Shown here: piece after piece, positions 61,445 to 64,000 of the stretch | How positions within the stretch are numbered: the stretch's first letter is position 1 | How the letters are laid out: each line of letters begins with the position of its first letter | Translations under genes and position numbers: made by a program | Notes under the pieces: generated by a model | What the model was told of the DNA's origin: nothing | The model's input: the letters and a program-made list of their open reading frames with translations, nothing else | The model's database searches: none | DNA from: Euprymna scolopes | Taxonomy: Eukaryota | Length of the DNA stretch: 64,000 nucleotides | Strand: one strand, 5' to 3' | Assembly (NCBI GenBank): GCA_053919585.1 | Contig: CM132797.1

Positions 61445-61952
61445 TGTATATATATAAAGTGAGAATGTGTGTGGACATTTCAATCTATATACTTAACAAA
61501 TTTTTGATCTAAAGACTTGAAATTTGGTGTGTAGGATATTCAGATATGCGGAAAACTTTTAAATCCGTTTTCATCCAGAAAAAAAAGCGCTGTTAAGGGG
61601 GTCAAAATTGAAAACTTAGTTCGTGGGCGTCATCATATTTTAATCTGTTTTTCAACTGTTTCATGAATTCACATGCGTAAATCATTTGCATGACAGATTA
61701 TTTATGTTAAGAGTAAGTAGTTTTAAAACACTTTTTTAAAAAAATGCCACACTTGTCCAATGGTTATCGTACTTGACTCACTAGTTTTGATCTCAGCTTG
61801 AGTATTTTCTTTTCTTTTTTATTTTGCTTACAAGAAGTGAATGGTTTAGAAAAAAAAACAAAATACTTGCATGCACGTCTCAGTTTCTGTATTAATTAAA
61901 ATATAATATTTACGTGTATTTTATGACCGGGCAACGCCGAGTTGCCTGCTAG
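61445..61952 (+). mobile_element. Non-autonomous Helitron
   Basis: 5' tatatataaagtgagaatgtgtgtg; 3' ccgggcaacgccgag..gCTAG|T. Confidence 0.7.
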
Positions 61953-61974
61953 TATGTGTGTGTGTATATATATA

Positions 61975-62024
<50 letters not shown>

Positions 62025-62361
62025 GGGTGAGCTCAAAGTATAAAATGCTTGTTGGCATATAAGAGGCAGACTTCACAGCTGTATAAATCAAGAAGAAAAA
62101 CAGTTTGAGCACTTGCATTGATAAATAACATTTAATTTTCATTAATATAATTGTCTTATTACATATAGTTGTATGTATATGTGATCTCTAAATGTTTTTT
62201 ACTGTCCGCCTACTTTTGGCTTGCCTTGTATAAATTACATATTGTGTAAAAGCTAGTTTATGTGTGTATACATATGTACATATGTATATAACATTATGCA
62301 TGTGTGTACTTTTCGTTATTGTGATTAATGTGTTTATGGTTCCTCTGTTTTTCTTTTGTAG

Positions 62362-62654
62362 GTTTTCCCCGTTGAACGCTATCGTGAGGTGATCTGTACT
62401 TATTGGCAGGTAGACTCTCATCCAAATATTTCCAAGGTTGAAGAGGTCATCATCAAGTCGCAACAAGTTTACCTCTTCTTCAAGCGTAACTATGGAGATT
62501 TGCATTCCTACGTGCGGCAGAGAAAACGGTTGAAAGAAGCCGAAGCTTGCCACTTATTCAAACAGGTTGTGGAAGCAGTGTCCCATTGCCATTGCAATGG
62601 TGTCGTTCTGCGTGATCTCAAACTCAGGAAGTTTGTCTTTATCGACCCCGAAAA
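62362..62654 (+). CDS. TRIB: Tribbles homolog, second coding exon (pseudokinase core), 293 nt
   Basis: Acceptor tttttcttttgtAG (62360-62361). VFPVERYREVICTYWQVDSHPNI...YGDLHSYVRQRKRLKEAEACHLFKQVVEAVSHCHCNGVVLRDLKLRKFVF contains the Tribbles-diagnostic LRDLKLRKF loop. Phase-2 donor AA|GTAAGT at 62655. Confidence 0.97.
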
Positions 62655-62876
62655 GTAAGTATTCGAAAATAATGCAATGTGCTTGTAATATCACCTGTTG
62701 GTGGGAACAACGTTTTAGATACAAAAGAAAGAACTGAAATTTCTTAGTTTATAATGGTTATTTGACAAGGAATAACAGGGCTTTACGTTGCGGGTGAAAC
62801 AATCACAAATGTGAGTTGTTTTTTTTTTTTTAAGTGGCGTATAGAAATAATAAAACGCTTGTCTTTTGGTAATTGT

Positions 62877-62911
<35 letters not shown>

Positions 62912-63220
62912 GACAATCTTTCAAAGCTCATTCCCGAGTTAAAAATGTCTTTTCACTCAATTTTTTTTAATAAAATAAACAAAATCAAATTATTTAAACA
63001 AAAGTTTAATAGAATAATATACATTTTTTTAATTTTATTATCGAAGGCTATTTAAAAAGAAAACCTCTGAAGAAATTTGATTGTTTATACCTTCAAATCT
63101 CAACATAAAATTTGGTGTATATTTAGAATTACATTTATTTAAATATATATATATAGAGAGAGAGAGAATCTTTATGATGTACATGTTTATCATGGAACAA
63201 GTCATATTCCAAAAATCATA

Positions 63221-63497
63221 GTCCTGGATATGACCTTAAACTATATCTGCTGGTGAAGCCCCAGCTTGCGAGTTTTGGGGAGTGTGGAGCCACCCTTTAA
63301 TTGCCATTGCTTTCAGATCACTCTGACCCGGAGTGGTAGTACCTGTTAGGGTCCCAACTATGGGTTGAATAGAAACCGATTTGAAAAAAAAAACATATAT
63401 TCTATTAAAAAAATTTTCTTCAAAATAACCGAATTCGGCATTAAATAACCTGAAACGGGTTGATATGCCGTAAAACAAAAACAACTAACCAAACCAA
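63221..63497 (+). mobile_element. Short retro-repeat, copy of 25245-25515
   Basis: Near-identical sequence and tail. Confidence 0.75.
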
Positions 63498-64000
63498 CGA
63501 AAAATCACATAGGTTTGGCTGGTAACTTTTCTATTTGGCTGGTAAATGCAAATAGTTGTCAAAGATCAACTAAAGATAAATTTATCCGTAGAGGCCGGCA
63601 AGTAAAGAAAGAATAAAACCTTTTCTTTTCATAAGATGCTGTGAAACGTTTGTTTCATCTTTTTAAAAAAAATCCATTTAAATAAACTGATTTCTTCTTC
63701 ATTCTCTTCAATCCTGTGTGTATCTCTATTTCTATCAAGTTAGATAAAGAAAGAAAATTTATAAGACAAGACTTTTATCTGTTAAAAATGGGTAAAAAGT
63801 TATCGCCCATTGCTTTAGAATGATGACTTTATGCCAAACTTTTAAAGTAAATGTGTTATTATGGTAACTAATCCATAACCGTGCATCAAACAGATGCCAT
63901 AATACGTAGTTCACCACATCTTATAAAAGAAATACAAAAATTCAGCCAGGTTAGCTTGGTAGTTTCTGAGAAAAAGAGTGAATGTGGTATTATAGTGATT

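Overview
AT-rich, microsatellite-rich eukaryotic (animal) DNA from a draft assembly, with N gaps at about 3592-3733, 5046-5271, 5402-5550, 28116-28547 and 40367-40523. The repeat style resembles a mollusc or cephalopod, but that is inference only. The one host gene is a Tribbles-family pseudokinase on the + strand. Its first coding exon is 8216-8491 and its second is 62362-62654, joined in frame across a ~53.9 kb intron; the last exon lies beyond the window. A cluster of CRE, C/EBP and C/EBP-ATF motifs sits in the 2 kb upstream of the ATG. The intron and flanks are full of mobile DNA: a decayed Ty1/Copia element with both LTRs, a near-full-length decayed L1/Tx1-type LINE, CR1-group 3' fragments, Helitron, mariner and foldback MITEs, and RTE-like short repeats. 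The most unusual signal is three dispersed retro-repeat families built from structural RNAs. The first has a U2-snRNA head whose branch-point-recognition segment is folded into a hairpin (about 8 copies). The second has a 5S-rRNA head (SINE3-type) joined to different bodies (6 copies). The third carries Penelope-type minimal hammerhead-ribozyme motifs, several in inverted pairs. All alignments were done by eye and repeat boundaries are approximate.
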